Below are positions 29,822 to 40,476 of a DNA stretch of 64,000 nucleotides, one piece after another. The position numbers and the translations under genes were made by a program. Position 1 is the first letter of the stretch, and each line of letters begins with the position of its first letter. This DNA comes from Methanomicrobiales archaeon (GTDB taxonomy: Archaea; Halobacteriota; Methanomicrobia; Methanomicrobiales; Methanospirillaceae): the NCBI GenBank assembly GCA_037137755.1, contig JBAXJR010000002.1, positions 96,001 to 160,000 of the forward strand, given 5' to 3'. The notes below the pieces were generated by a model. The model was not told the origin of the DNA, did not search any database, and saw only the letters and a program-made list of their open reading frames with translations.

Positions 29822-32800
29822 TCATTCCTTCCGCCACATACCTTTCGGTAGTGCGATCTCAAACCTTGCACCCCTGCCCGGCTCACCGGTCTCATGGATG
29901 GTGATACCGGTAATATAGAGGATATCCGTGGCAAGGAAAAGCCCAAGACCTGTATTTTTTCCATACCCCCGCTCGAAGATCCTTTCTTTCTCATCAGCGG
30001 GTACGCCGGTGCCGTTATCCTCCCAGTACAGGGTTAACTCCCCATCCGCCTCCCTGGTATACACCCGTACCCTGGTCACATGCCCCCCGTGCCGGACGGA
30101 ATTGTCAAGCAGGTTTGGAAAGATCTTTTCGAAGAGGGGATCAGCATACACGGTGATCCCATCCAGGTCACTTTCAAGGGTGATCCCCTCGTGCGGGACT
30201 GCTGCAAACCCTCTTCGTACCATTGCTTTCACATCGAGCCAGGCCGGGGTATTTATCCCGATCGCCTCGTATGTTTTGGTGAACTGGAGGTAATCGTTAA
30301 TCCTGCGGACCGCATCCTCCTGTTTTGCGAAATACGGGGCCAGTTCCGGATCAGGGGCCCTCTTTTTCAGCTGGCTTGTATATCCTGAAATCAGGGTGAG
30401 TTTATTGATGATGTCATGCCGGGTAAGGCTGCCAAGCAGGTTGAGCTTTTTATTTGCCATTGCAAGCGATAACGAAAGGCGGGTAAGCTCCTCTGCCCGC
30501 GTCATGAGCTGGTTTTCAAGAGCTTTCCGGTCAGAAATATCGGTCAGCAGGAGCAGGACTGCCTGTTCGTCGTGGTACTGTACCGGGGTGCTCCGGGTGA
30601 TTACGGTCTTCCTCTGGCCGTCATTTCTCATGATCTCGATCTCAAGGGACTGTGTACTCCCCGATTTAAGACGTTCTTCTATAAGGGTCCCGATTTCAGA
30701 ACGTTTCTCCGGGACCACGTATGACAGGATATCTGTCCCGACCCTTCCGTTCTCAGAGTAGCCGAGCAGGCCGTCTGCGGCCGGGTTCACGAACCTGACC
30801 TTCCGGTCGTGGCCATACACAGCAACCATGTCAGGAATATTCTCAACGAGTCCCCTGTTGAACTCCTCGCTCTCCCGCAGTGCGTCCTCGATCTGCTTGC
30901 GTTCCGTGATATCGTTAAGGAAATTCAGGGTGGCGGGGCGGCCCTCATAGTCAACGGCAACACTGCTTATTTCAACCCATTTGATTTTGCCATCTTTTCC
31001 GGTAAGCCTGAACATGTACCGGGAGGGTATGTCCTCACCATTCAGCCGCTTCCGGTACCGCTCGACGACCATGGCACGGTCATCGGGGTGAATAAACTCA
31101 TGAAATGGCGTGGAAAGGAGTTCCCTCTCAGGGTAGCCGGTTAACTCGGCCATCCTGGCATTGACAAGTTTCAATGTCCCGTCCTGTGCGACGAGAATTG
31201 CCTCATTCGCGCATTCGATCAGCTCGCGGTATTTTCTCTCGCTTTTACCCAGCGCTTCTTCCGCGTGTTTGCGTTCCGTGATGTCACGGGAAATGGATAA
31301 TGCGACCTCTCTCCCCAGTAACGTAAAAAGATGCGTGCTTACCTCAACGGGGAGGAACGAACCGTCTTTTCTCTGGTATATCGCTTCAAATGTTGCATAA
31401 CCTTTGGATTTTATTTTTGTTACAATATCTGGTATATTCAGGCGATGCCCGGGCGATGCAATATCCCGTGGTGACATTGCCAATAATTCTTCCCTTGAAT
31501 ACCCTAGAAGCGTGCATGCAATGTCATTAACCCTGAAATACCTGCCAGGGAACCCTTCGGGCAGCATTTCATGCAGGAAAATTGCATCATTTGCATTATT
31601 GAATACCTCTCTGAATACCTCCTCACTTTCTGCCAACGCCTCTTCCGACCGCTTGCGTTCCGTGACGTCCTGGACAAAACCAATAAACCTGTTGGGGGAG
31701 AGCCTGACTGCGTTTACCGACCAGTACCTGAGGGTGCAGTCCTTATGCCTGTAGAGGAACTCCCCGCTCGCCTGCCCGATACCAGACAACTGCCTGAAAT
31801 GCGCGATTCCCTGCTCGTGTGATTCAGGCGGCAACATATCAGGGATGGACATCGATACCAGCTCATCCCGCGTGTATCCGGTAATCCCTGATGCTGCCGG
31901 GTTTACCTCCAGGTAATGCCCCTCTTGATCGGTGATAAATACCCCGTAGGGTGCGTTATCAAAATAACTCCTGAACTGCTCCTCGCTCTCCTGCAGGGAG
32001 TTGACCAGACGGTCACGTTCTGTTACCATACGGGCCAGTTGAATATTCCGGTAACCAAGTGTGGAAATGATCCCGCCAAAACGGGTGTAAAAGTCCATGA
32101 CGGTCGTAACCCTCTCCCTGCTCCATCGCGGGACCCTTTCCAGCGCAGCAAGATATTCCTCCTCATTAAAACCGTACTGCCTGGCCTGCGAGCGGAAAAA
32201 TTCATAATCCACGGGTTCATCTTCGAACAGGAACTGTCCCAGGAACAGGTTACCGACATGGTTTCCCCCGACAACGATAGGTGTGACGATGTCCCACATA
32301 TTATTCCGGCATTTATACATCCGGTACGTTCCCGGGGCCGTTTCCCCGGAAAGAACGACATCGCTTTCGTTGCAATGCATGCACGTGCGGGGATCGACAC
32401 GGTGGAACTTCGTGCAGATATCCTGCCATCCCGTGGCAACAAGGACATTCCCCCGGAGGTCAAGGATGGCGATGCCGATACCGGTGAGGGTGCAAAAATC
32501 GTCCATCAGGGCCTGGACCGCCCGGGCGTCAATAATATCTGCCAGTTCCATTGTGCCGATATCTCCTGCCGGGGAAAGGAGGGCCTCAAGTTTCTGCTTT
32601 ACCTGCTCCTGGCTCCTGATCAGTGCTTCTTCGGCAGTTTTCCTGGCCGTGATGTCCTGGACTGTCCCCCACAGTTTGGTAACAACACCGTTTTTCCAGA
32701 CCGCTTCTCCCTGTGCCCTGATATATTTCTGTTTTCCGCCCGGGGTGATAATCCGCTGTTCGAGATCATAGGGGGTTCCCGATTCTTCCGCGAGCCGGAC

Positions 32801-34240
32801 CGCCTCAGTGAACGCCGGGAGGTCCTCATTATGCCAGAGTGCCGTCATTTCTTCAAAGGATGGTTCACCCATCCTCGGGTCCCGTCCAAATATCCGGAAT
32901 GTCTGGCGGGTCCATGAAATCTTCCCGGAAGCTGAATCATACTCCCAGCTCCCGATTTTTGCAAGTTTCTGTGCCTCTGAAAGATGCGCCTCGCTCTCCT
33001 GTAACTGTTCCTGTGCCCGTCTGCGGTCGGTTACATCAGCGATTACCGTTGTGAATTGTGCCCTGGCATTCTGGTATACCATCACTTCAAAGAACCTGCC
33101 CAATACCTGTGAATAGTTATCAAAATGGTCTGGTAATCCGGTGAGGGCAACCCGCCCGTACCGCTCGATCCAGAAGGGTTCGGTATCCGGCATCACCTCC
33201 CGCACGGTTCTGCCGATCACATCTGCACGGGAGAGTCCGGTCATCCGCTCAAATGCCGGGTTTACATCAATGAACCGGTAATCACGGGGGGTGCCGCCTT
33301 CATCGCAGATTATTTCGTGAACCGCAACGCCGTTGAGCATTTCATGAAAGAGTGCTCTATAGAGATTTTCTTTTTTCGCGAGCGCATTCATCGTGTGGCA
33401 GAGTTCTTCCGATGTTGTGGTCAGTTCCTCATACGATGACTCCAGGTCTTCATGTTTTTTTCTGACTTCTTCCTCTGTGTGCACATGGTCGGTGATGTCG
33501 GTCAACATCGCAAAAGAGCCCTGGAATGAGCCATCATCGCCTTTAACAGGTGTTGCGGAGACATGGCAGGTCCGGGTAGTCCCATCCTTTGCCCGGAACC
33601 GTCGTTCGTAGGAACCGCGTAGTCCATTCATCCTCTGCTCGAGTTTTAGCTGCTGTCCGGCAAGTTCCTCCACCGGTATGAAGGACTGGATCGTGTTACC
33701 GATCATCTCCTCAACGGTATACCCGAGTATCCCTGCCATGCGCTCATTGACGTACGTGGTGACAAACTGCCTGTCCATCGCCCATATACCTTCATTTGCG
33801 GTTTCAACGATACGCCGGTACTTCTCCTCACTCTTCCCTAATGCCTTACTGACTGTATAAAGTCCCACCGCAGTCCGGATTTTATGCGAGAGTTCCGCAT
33901 ACTGGGCTCCGGGTTCACCCCCTTTCTGGAGGTAAAAATCTGCACCATTGTTGAGCGCTTCGACTACAATCTCTTCCCTGCCTTTTCCTGTAAACAGGAT
34001 AAACGGGACCTGCCCGTGGTGTACCCGCACCTCGACAAGGAACCGGATCCCGTCCATGCCGGGCATCTGGTAATCTGAGACAATGGCATCGAACGGTTCT
34101 GCATTCAGGAGTTCCAGGGCAGCGGGTGCTGATTCAACCGTAGCAACTGAAAAATCCCCGGATTCTTCAAGGAGCAGCTTGCTGATCTCAAGGAGATCCG
34201 GCTCATCATCGACATAGAGGACCCGGATTACACCTGTCAT
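29822..34240 (-). CDS. Giant hybrid sensor kinase REC-PAS-PocR-PAS-HisKA-HATPase (1472 aa)
   Basis: REC, about 7 PAS, PocR domain (GWQDICTKFHR...C...YKCRNNMWD...LFLGQF), H-box TRHDIINK. Confidence 0.95.
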   Translation of the reverse strand: MTGVIRVLYVDDEPDLLEISKLLLEESGDFSVATVESAPAALELLNAEPFDAIVSDYQMPGMDGIRFLVEVRVHHGQVPFILFTGKGREEIVVEALNNGADFYLQKGGEPGAQYAELSHKIRTAVGLYTVSKALGKSEEKYRRIVETANEGIWAMDRQFVTTYVNERMAGILGYTVEEMIGNTIQSFIPVEELAGQQLKLEQRMNGLRGSYERRFRAKDGTTRTCHVSATPVKGDDGSFQGSFAMLTDITDHVHTEEEVRKKHEDLESSYEELTTTSEELCHTMNALAKKENLYRALFHEMLNGVAVHEIICDEGGTPRDYRFIDVNPAFERMTGLSRADVIGRTVREVMPDTEPFWIERYGRVALTGLPDHFDNYSQVLGRFFEVMVYQNARAQFTTVIADVTDRRRAQEQLQESEAHLSEAQKLAKIGSWEYDSASGKISWTRQTFRIFGRDPRMGEPSFEEMTALWHNEDLPAFTEAVRLAEESGTPYDLEQRIITPGGKQKYIRAQGEAVWKNGVVTKLWGTVQDITARKTAEEALIRSQEQVKQKLEALLSPAGDIGTMELADIIDARAVQALMDDFCTLTGIGIAILDLRGNVLVATGWQDICTKFHRVDPRTCMHCNESDVVLSGETAPGTYRMYKCRNNMWDIVTPIVVGGNHVGNLFLGQFLFEDEPVDYEFFRSQARQYGFNEEEYLAALERVPRWSRERVTTVMDFYTRFGGIISTLGYRNIQLARMVTERDRLVNSLQESEEQFRSYFDNAPYGVFITDQEGHYLEVNPAASGITGYTRDELVSMSIPDMLPPESHEQGIAHFRQLSGIGQASGEFLYRHKDCTLRYWSVNAVRLSPNRFIGFVQDVTERKRSEEALAESEEVFREVFNNANDAIFLHEMLPEGFPGRYFRVNDIACTLLGYSREELLAMSPRDIASPGHRLNIPDIVTKIKSKGYATFEAIYQRKDGSFLPVEVSTHLFTLLGREVALSISRDITERKHAEEALGKSERKYRELIECANEAILVAQDGTLKLVNARMAELTGYPERELLSTPFHEFIHPDDRAMVVERYRKRLNGEDIPSRYMFRLTGKDGKIKWVEISSVAVDYEGRPATLNFLNDITERKQIEDALRESEEFNRGLVENIPDMVAVYGHDRKVRFVNPAADGLLGYSENGRVGTDILSYVVPEKRSEIGTLIEERLKSGSTQSLEIEIMRNDGQRKTVITRSTPVQYHDEQAVLLLLTDISDRKALENQLMTRAEELTRLSLSLAMANKKLNLLGSLTRHDIINKLTLISGYTSQLKKRAPDPELAPYFAKQEDAVRRINDYLQFTKTYEAIGINTPAWLDVKAMVRRGFAAVPHEGITLESDLDGITVYADPLFEKIFPNLLDNSVRHGGHVTRVRVYTREADGELTLYWEDNGTGVPADEKERIFERGYGKNTGLGLFLATDILYITGITIHETGEPGRGARFEIALPKGMWRKE

Positions 34241-34244
34241 TAGT

Positions 34245-37200
34245 CTACCCCCCTACCTTGCGGAACATATCGTTTGGTACCCTGATTTCGAACCTGGCCC
34301 CTTTTCCCGGTTCGCCGTCCTCGCGGATCATAATGCCGGTAATCATGAGGATCTGTTGTGAAAGGGCCAGGCCAAGCCCGCTTGTCTGCCCGAAACCACG
34401 TTCAAATATCCTCTCCTTGTCCTGTACAGGGACGCCCACACCGTTGTCCTCGCATAGGATGAAAAGATCATCGCCACGGTGTTCAGCGGAAAACCTTATG
34501 GTTGTAATCGTTCGACCGTACCGGACTGCATTGTCCATCAGGTTGTAAAAGACCCTGACGATCAGTGGATCTGCGAATATTTCTGTTCCGGCAGGAAGAT
34601 CGTTTTCCAGTCTGACCTGTGCGAGCGGGGCTTCGGTCGCTGCAGTCGTAACGATGCCGCGGATTTCCTGCCAGACCGGTGCCTCAACCCCGATCTCTTC
34701 GTACTCCCTGGCGAACCGGATCATGGAAGAGATCCGCCCTGCAGCGGCGATTGCATTCGTAACATACCCGTTGGAAGCCTGGTCTGGCAATGTATTGTTC
34801 AGCAGTTCGAGGTACCCCCTCAAAACGGTCAGCTGGTTCGTAATGTCATGCCGCGTGATGCCGGAAAGGAGGCCGAGTTTCTGGTTTGCGAGCCTGAGTG
34901 CATCCTCTGCCTGTTTGCGCCCGGTAACATCATGCAGGATACCTTCGACACCGAGCACTTCCCCCTGCCGGTTGTAATACAGGTGGCTGCTCGCCGTAAC
35001 GTAATGAATGGTTCCATTGAAGTCTTTGAGGGTGAGCGGATAGTCGCTGACTGCTCCTTTCTCTTTCAGCACTGCAAGGAATTGTTCGCGCTCTCTTGGG
35101 TCTGCATAGAGGTCGCGGGCGATATTTTGGCCCATCACCTCGTCAGGAGATGCAAAGCCTGCGAGCCTTGCGCCCGAAGGACTTATCATCGTGAGGTTGC
35201 CTTCCAGGTCGGTCTGGTAGACAAGGTCCTGCATATTTTCGATGATGGTGCGGTACCTCGCTTCGCTCTCTACAAGCGCTTCTTCAGCCTGTTTGTGGTC
35301 GGTGATATCGGTGAGAACCGTCAGCATTGCCGGTGTATCCCGGTTCCGGATCGGTGTCGCCCTGACTACGACCTGCCGTTGTTCACCGGAAGGTGCGAGG
35401 ATACCGATCTCATAGGGTTCAACCAGGACTCCCTGTTGTCGCAGCCGCATGTTCTTTCTGACAAGGTCGTGGTATTCCACACTGGCATAGGAGAGGACCG
35501 ATGTGCCGATTATCTCCTCCTGTGTTTTGCCCATCAGGCGGGCACCCTCGGCATTGACAAAGACGATGGTCTCTCCGTCATGGATGAGGACATAGTCAGG
35601 AAGTTGCTCTTCGAGTTGCCGGTAGATCGCCTCGCTTTCCTGCAGCGCCTTTTCCACCATTTTCACATCAGTGATGTCCCTGCCCACTGACTGGTATTCC
35701 TTCAGCCTGCCGTCAGCATGAAAGATTGCACGGTCGATCCACCGCTGCCACCGTGTGCTGCCGTCCGGCATTCGTACCTGCTGTTCCATGCTCTTTACCG
35801 GGTGTTCCGGGGTAAGGGAGGAGAGGAGCTGTGTGACACGTCCACAGTCCTCCTGAAGTATACCGGGTCTGAACCGGGTGCCGATTATCGCCTCCTTTTC
35901 CCTCCCGAAATAATGGCAATACGCCTCGTTAACAAAAATCTGGGTTCCATCAGGAAGGAAACGGCTGATAAGCTCGGTCTGGTCTTCCACGACATTCCGG
36001 TACCGCTCGACACTCTCCTGTAAACGCTGCTCGGTCTGTTTGATCTCCGTAATATCGTGGAAGGAAGCCACCATGGCGCCGGGAAGTGTCGGAAATGCCC
36101 AGACCGCGAACGCCCCTGATACCTTCTCGTCCTTGTATTCTACCTGTTCGGTGCGCCAGGGTACCGCTTCCCGGGCGACAGCCCTGTAATGGTCAGGAAT
36201 ACCAGTACCCGCCAGAAGGGGGAAAGCCTCTTCAATTGTCTTTCCAAAAAGACGGGCATGGGATATCCCAAGGATGGTGCCTGCTGCCGGGTTCGCCCCT
36301 GTCAGCACCAGGCGCCCGTCCTCTCCAAGCTCGTAAAAGTGCATGCCAAGCGGGACGGATTCAACGATGGAGCGGAATTTTATCTCGCTTTCACGGATTG
36401 CCTGTTCACCTGCTGTGAGCATATCTAACTGCCCGCGAATCTCTTCATCTGTTGCTGCAATCTGCTCGTAGGACGCCTGCAGTTCATCATTCTTACGCCG
36501 CAGTTCCTCCTCTGCCTGTTTTATCCCGGTAATGTCGGTCGCGATATGGATGATACGTTCGAGCCTGCCCGACTCATCGAGAACAGGTGTGCAGGAAACG
36601 AGGTAGATCCCCCCGAAGATCTCTATCTCCATCTCCTGCGTTTCGTGTTCGCAACTCGTCAGCATCCTTTCGAACGGACATGCGTCCGGTGGCTTTATTG
36701 AACCAGTCCCGTGAAAGATCTCAAAGCAGGGCTTTCCAATTATTTCTGCTGGAGTTTTACCGGTCTTTTTAAGAACTGCATTGTTTGCTGCTATCACACG
36801 GTGGTCGGGTGAAAGGATGACCGCCGGGCTTCCGGTTGCATGGAATATGGTCTCCCAGTCTTTTCTTGCACGAATGATCCCCTCCTGTGCCTGCTTCCGC
36901 TCCGTAATATCAAGTAACGAGGCAACACTCTGCATCGTGCCCGGGATCATCCCTACATGGGCGAGGATATAACGGGTGCTGCCATCTGCAGTAATGAACC
37001 GAAACTCGTATACTGTTGGCGCATCAGCTGCATTTTCCCTCCGGCGGCGGTGATAATTGATCATCCCCTCAAGGTCGTCAGGTGCAACGAAATGAGTCCA
37101 TTTTACCTTTCCTTCAATGGTATCGCGGGAACTTCCATAGAGTTGTGCGAATGCCTCGTTGGCAAGTGATATGGTGGTATCCTCTTCAATTATTATCGTC

Positions 37201-38030
37201 GCGGATTCGGTGTACTTGAACAGGGCCCGGTAATACTGTTCTGACTGCCTGAGTGCTTCCTCTGCCTGCATCCTGGCGGTATTATCAAACAGCACACCGT
37301 CAAAAATAAGACGGTCTTTTTCCATTACCGGGCTGGATACCGCACTGAACCAGATCTTTTTTCCCGACGGCTTCACATACCTGCCGTCAAACTCCCATGT
37401 GGTTTTTGTACTGATGGCGTGGCTGATCGAGTTTAAAAACCGCTCCCTGTCCCCAACGACAATACCCCTGGTGACCTGGTCAAAAAAAGTGGCCATATCG
37501 TTTTCAATACCGAGGACCTGCCGGCTGCGCTCGCTGATGTAATCAAACCCAGTCGAACCGTCAGGATTGACATAAAACCGGTACACCACACCCGGAATGT
37601 TGGTGGCCATGGCGTTGAGCTGCCGTTCACGACCCCGTGCGGCCTCCTCGGCTTTCCGGCGCCGGATTGCCTGCATTATTTTCTGGGTGAGCTCGGCAAA
37701 CTGGGCTTTCGGGTCCCCTCCTTTCTGGAGGTAGAAGTCCGCACCCAGTTCAAATGCCCTGATCGCTATCTCCTCGCGTCCACGACCGGTAAAAAGAATA
37801 AAGGGGACGTCCGGGTGGCTACTTCGCACGTCCTTTAAAAATGCGATGCCATCTTTTTCCGGCATCTGGTAATCAGAAATAATCGCGTCAAATGGTTCCG
37901 CTTCCAGCATTCCAGCTGCATCAATGGCAGAACTCACTGTGGTGACGGAAAACTCTCCTGTTTTTTCGAGAAAAATCCTGCAGAGATCGAGGAGCGCCGG
38001 CTCGTCATCGACATACAAGAGGGAGATCAT
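34245..38030 (-). CDS. Giant hybrid sensor kinase REC-multiPAS-HisKA-HATPase (1261 aa)
   Basis: REC, about 7 PAS, H-box TRHDITNQ, intact ATPase boxes. Confidence 0.95.
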   Translation of the reverse strand: MISLLYVDDEPALLDLCRIFLEKTGEFSVTTVSSAIDAAGMLEAEPFDAIISDYQMPEKDGIAFLKDVRSSHPDVPFILFTGRGREEIAIRAFELGADFYLQKGGDPKAQFAELTQKIMQAIRRRKAEEAARGRERQLNAMATNIPGVVYRFYVNPDGSTGFDYISERSRQVLGIENDMATFFDQVTRGIVVGDRERFLNSISHAISTKTTWEFDGRYVKPSGKKIWFSAVSSPVMEKDRLIFDGVLFDNTARMQAEEALRQSEQYYRALFKYTESATIIIEEDTTISLANEAFAQLYGSSRDTIEGKVKWTHFVAPDDLEGMINYHRRRRENAADAPTVYEFRFITADGSTRYILAHVGMIPGTMQSVASLLDITERKQAQEGIIRARKDWETIFHATGSPAVILSPDHRVIAANNAVLKKTGKTPAEIIGKPCFEIFHGTGSIKPPDACPFERMLTSCEHETQEMEIEIFGGIYLVSCTPVLDESGRLERIIHIATDITGIKQAEEELRRKNDELQASYEQIAATDEEIRGQLDMLTAGEQAIRESEIKFRSIVESVPLGMHFYELGEDGRLVLTGANPAAGTILGISHARLFGKTIEEAFPLLAGTGIPDHYRAVAREAVPWRTEQVEYKDEKVSGAFAVWAFPTLPGAMVASFHDITEIKQTEQRLQESVERYRNVVEDQTELISRFLPDGTQIFVNEAYCHYFGREKEAIIGTRFRPGILQEDCGRVTQLLSSLTPEHPVKSMEQQVRMPDGSTRWQRWIDRAIFHADGRLKEYQSVGRDITDVKMVEKALQESEAIYRQLEEQLPDYVLIHDGETIVFVNAEGARLMGKTQEEIIGTSVLSYASVEYHDLVRKNMRLRQQGVLVEPYEIGILAPSGEQRQVVVRATPIRNRDTPAMLTVLTDITDHKQAEEALVESEARYRTIIENMQDLVYQTDLEGNLTMISPSGARLAGFASPDEVMGQNIARDLYADPREREQFLAVLKEKGAVSDYPLTLKDFNGTIHYVTASSHLYYNRQGEVLGVEGILHDVTGRKQAEDALRLANQKLGLLSGITRHDITNQLTVLRGYLELLNNTLPDQASNGYVTNAIAAAGRISSMIRFAREYEEIGVEAPVWQEIRGIVTTAATEAPLAQVRLENDLPAGTEIFADPLIVRVFYNLMDNAVRYGRTITTIRFSAEHRGDDLFILCEDNGVGVPVQDKERIFERGFGQTSGLGLALSQQILMITGIMIREDGEPGKGARFEIRVPNDMFRKVGG

Positions 38031-38182
38031 GATGCTGTTGTTAATGAGGAAAGGCGAAATATGTTTGTATTTATGTATGCTATCCAGGAATATCAGATCC
38101 AGTATCTTCCTGTGATCCGTTACCGGGATAATAAAAAAACCCGGCTGAAATTACATAAAAAATGTGGAATCATTCGTAATTT

Positions 38183-38584
38183 CTACGTTACAATGACTGT
38201 CGCCTTCATGGTGGGATGAATACTGCAGTGGTACGGGTAGGTGCCGGGACTATCGAATTTAAATGAGTAGGATGCACCGTTTTCCAGTGAATTGCTCGTG
38301 AATACAGCACCCTGCGCTACCGGTCCCTAGGCATCGCTGACGATGGTGTGGCTTGCCGAGTCCTTGTTCTCCCATGTTACGGTTGTCCCTCTGGGGATGG
38401 TGATAGTCGCGGGGCTGAAGGCAAAGTTCTGTATGGTAACGGTGGGCGTCCCGGGGATCCCGATTGGTGTTGTTGTAGGTGCTACTGATACCTGGCTGTA
38501 ACTTGCACATCCGGTTGTCGCGATAAACAGGGCAACGACCGCAACGAGGATCACCCAGTTGAAGTATTTTATGGTACGTGGCAT
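38183..38584 (-). pseudogene. Cupredoxin (plastocyanin/amicyanin-like) lipoprotein interrupted by an in-frame TAG
   Basis: FAFSPATITIPRGTTVTWEN.D..SHTIVSDA*GPVA...PGTYPYHCSIHPTMKATVIVT*. The His/Cys/His/Met type-1 Cu ligands lie on both sides of the TAG at 38327-38329. Confidence 0.85.
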
Positions 38585-38849
38585 TTTCTAATCACTTCAG
38601 CATCTCCTCTTAACGGGTGAATATTTAAGAATTTGCAGGACCTGACCATGGGGGTGAGCTTTCTCCGGCGTCCTCACAGATCCAATTCTATAGTTCTGAA
38701 AAATGACCCGCTTGACTATGAAAGTCAGGGGAATGGCGAACAACGTTGTTGAAATGTTAACACTTGACATCGAAGAGAAGTTGAAGGGAAAACTGGCACC
38801 AGTAGCAGAATGATCATCCGTTAGAATGTTAACCATGGACCCGATCCCT

Positions 38850-40163
38850 TCACCCCTGTTCTTCAACCGGTGGCAGGCGGGAAACCAGCACCTTGTCAAT
38901 CTTCAACCCGTCCATATCCAACACTTCAAATGAAAACCTGTTCCATTCAAAACGGTCGCCGGTTTTCGGGATCCGCTGGAGCTGGAGCATGACAAACCCT
39001 GCAAGGGTGTGAAACCGGTCTGCCTGTTCGTCAAGCCGGATTTCAACCCCGATACTTTCCCTGAAATCCTCAACCGTTACAGACCCTTCCATGAGCCAAG
39101 ACCCGTCCGGACGCACGATAATCTCGGCCTCACGGGGCTCATCATCGGTTGGAAGATGACCTACGATCGCCTCGAGGATGTCGTGGAGGGTAATAAGCCC
39201 CTGGATATTTCCAAGTTCATCCACCACCATTGCGATGTGTAACCCTTCCGTTCTGAAATAATCGAGGAGTTTGAGCAAATGGATGCTTTCCGGGATAAAT
39301 AGTGGTGTTGTGATTGCCGATTCGATATCCATTGGCTTCCCTTCCACTATCTGGACCCAGAGGTCCCTGATAGCGACGATCCCGAGGAAATTATCGAGTT
39401 CATCACGGTAGACCGGGAAAAAAGACCGCCGGCTTTCGACCATGAGGTTCCAGTTTTTCTCCGGGCTTTCGTTGATGTCAAGTGCGACCATATCAGGACG
39501 AAGGACCATGAACCTCCCTGCTTTCTGGTCTGCAAGGTTAAAAATTCCTTCAACCATGTCAGCTTCTGCTTCCGCGAATACCCCTGCCTCAGCCCCCTGT
39601 TCAATAAGGATTTTAATTTCCTCTTCAGTTACCAGTGGTTCAGCGCCTTTTTTCAGGCGGAACACCCGTAATACCGCTTCGGTTGAATAGCTCAGGAATA
39701 CTACCACCGGGTACATTGCCAGGGAGAGCAGGCGTACCGGCCTTGCCACTCTCGAGGCGATCCTCTCCGCATCATTCATTGCAATCCATTTCGGAACGAT
39801 TTCACCGAACAGCAGGGTAAAATACGTGACCACAAGGACTACCGTCGCAAGGGCCAGTGCCTCACTATACGGGGCAAGGGGTGGAAACCCCTGTATGATA
39901 AGGGTGAGTGATTCGGCGGTGGTGGCGCCACCGAAGGCCCCGATAACAATACTAATAAGCGTGATGCCGATCTGGATCGTGGAGAGAAAATTTGTGGGCT
40001 CTTCGGCGAGTGCCAGGGCATCGGCCGCTTCTTTGTCCCCCTGTTCAGCTTTATGCAAAAGACGTGATTTTTTTGCGGCAACAATAGCAAATTCAGCCAT
40101 CACAAGGAGGCCATTTATAAGAATCAGGACTGCAATAAGGATAAGCTCGTAGGTAATGGACAT
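38850..40163 (-). CDS. Hemolysin/CNNM family protein (DUF21-CBS-CorC_HlyC)
   Basis: AEFAIVA, LSTIQIGIT, FGEIVPK, CBS pair, FHTLAGFV...IDKVLV. Confidence 0.93.
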   Translation of the reverse strand: MSITYELILIAVLILINGLLVMAEFAIVAAKKSRLLHKAEQGDKEAADALALAEEPTNFLSTIQIGITLISIVIGAFGGATTAESLTLIIQGFPPLAPYSEALALATVVLVVTYFTLLFGEIVPKWIAMNDAERIASRVARPVRLLSLAMYPVVVFLSYSTEAVLRVFRLKKGAEPLVTEEEIKILIEQGAEAGVFAEAEADMVEGIFNLADQKAGRFMVLRPDMVALDINESPEKNWNLMVESRRSFFPVYRDELDNFLGIVAIRDLWVQIVEGKPMDIESAITTPLFIPESIHLLKLLDYFRTEGLHIAMVVDELGNIQGLITLHDILEAIVGHLPTDDEPREAEIIVRPDGSWLMEGSVTVEDFRESIGVEIRLDEQADRFHTLAGFVMLQLQRIPKTGDRFEWNRFSFEVLDMDGLKIDKVLVSRLPPVEEQG

Positions 40164-40476
40164 TTGTCTGTACCTGCTAGTATGTCAGAATCTCAATTAT
40201 AGGTTTCCTGTAGCGGGAATACAATTGAGATCCGGGTAAGCAGGGGTAGTACATTTCCAATTGACCGTTTATGCGGGCCATTCGTGGTAACACAGGACGC
40301 CCGGTTGCAATTCAACCTGGTTACGAGGTATAGGCTGATCCCGATTTTACCCAGTTTTTAAGGTATACTACGAAGTACCCCTGTTCTGTATTCCTGTCAT
40401 TAATCTGCAATAACTATGGGATTATTCCGGTCCCCTTCCGCAAAATCTATTTTTCCTGCCTTCCTACCTGATTAAC

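Noticed and set aside
22452-35690. Long + strand ORFs (363, 333, 403 aa) opposite the kinases
   Set aside because: Antisense shadows of real genes with no recognisable motifs.
38327-38329. Genome-wide amber (pyrrolysine) recoding
   Set aside because: Several genes end in TAG exactly where their families end, no pyl genes lie in the window, and only one internal TAG was found.
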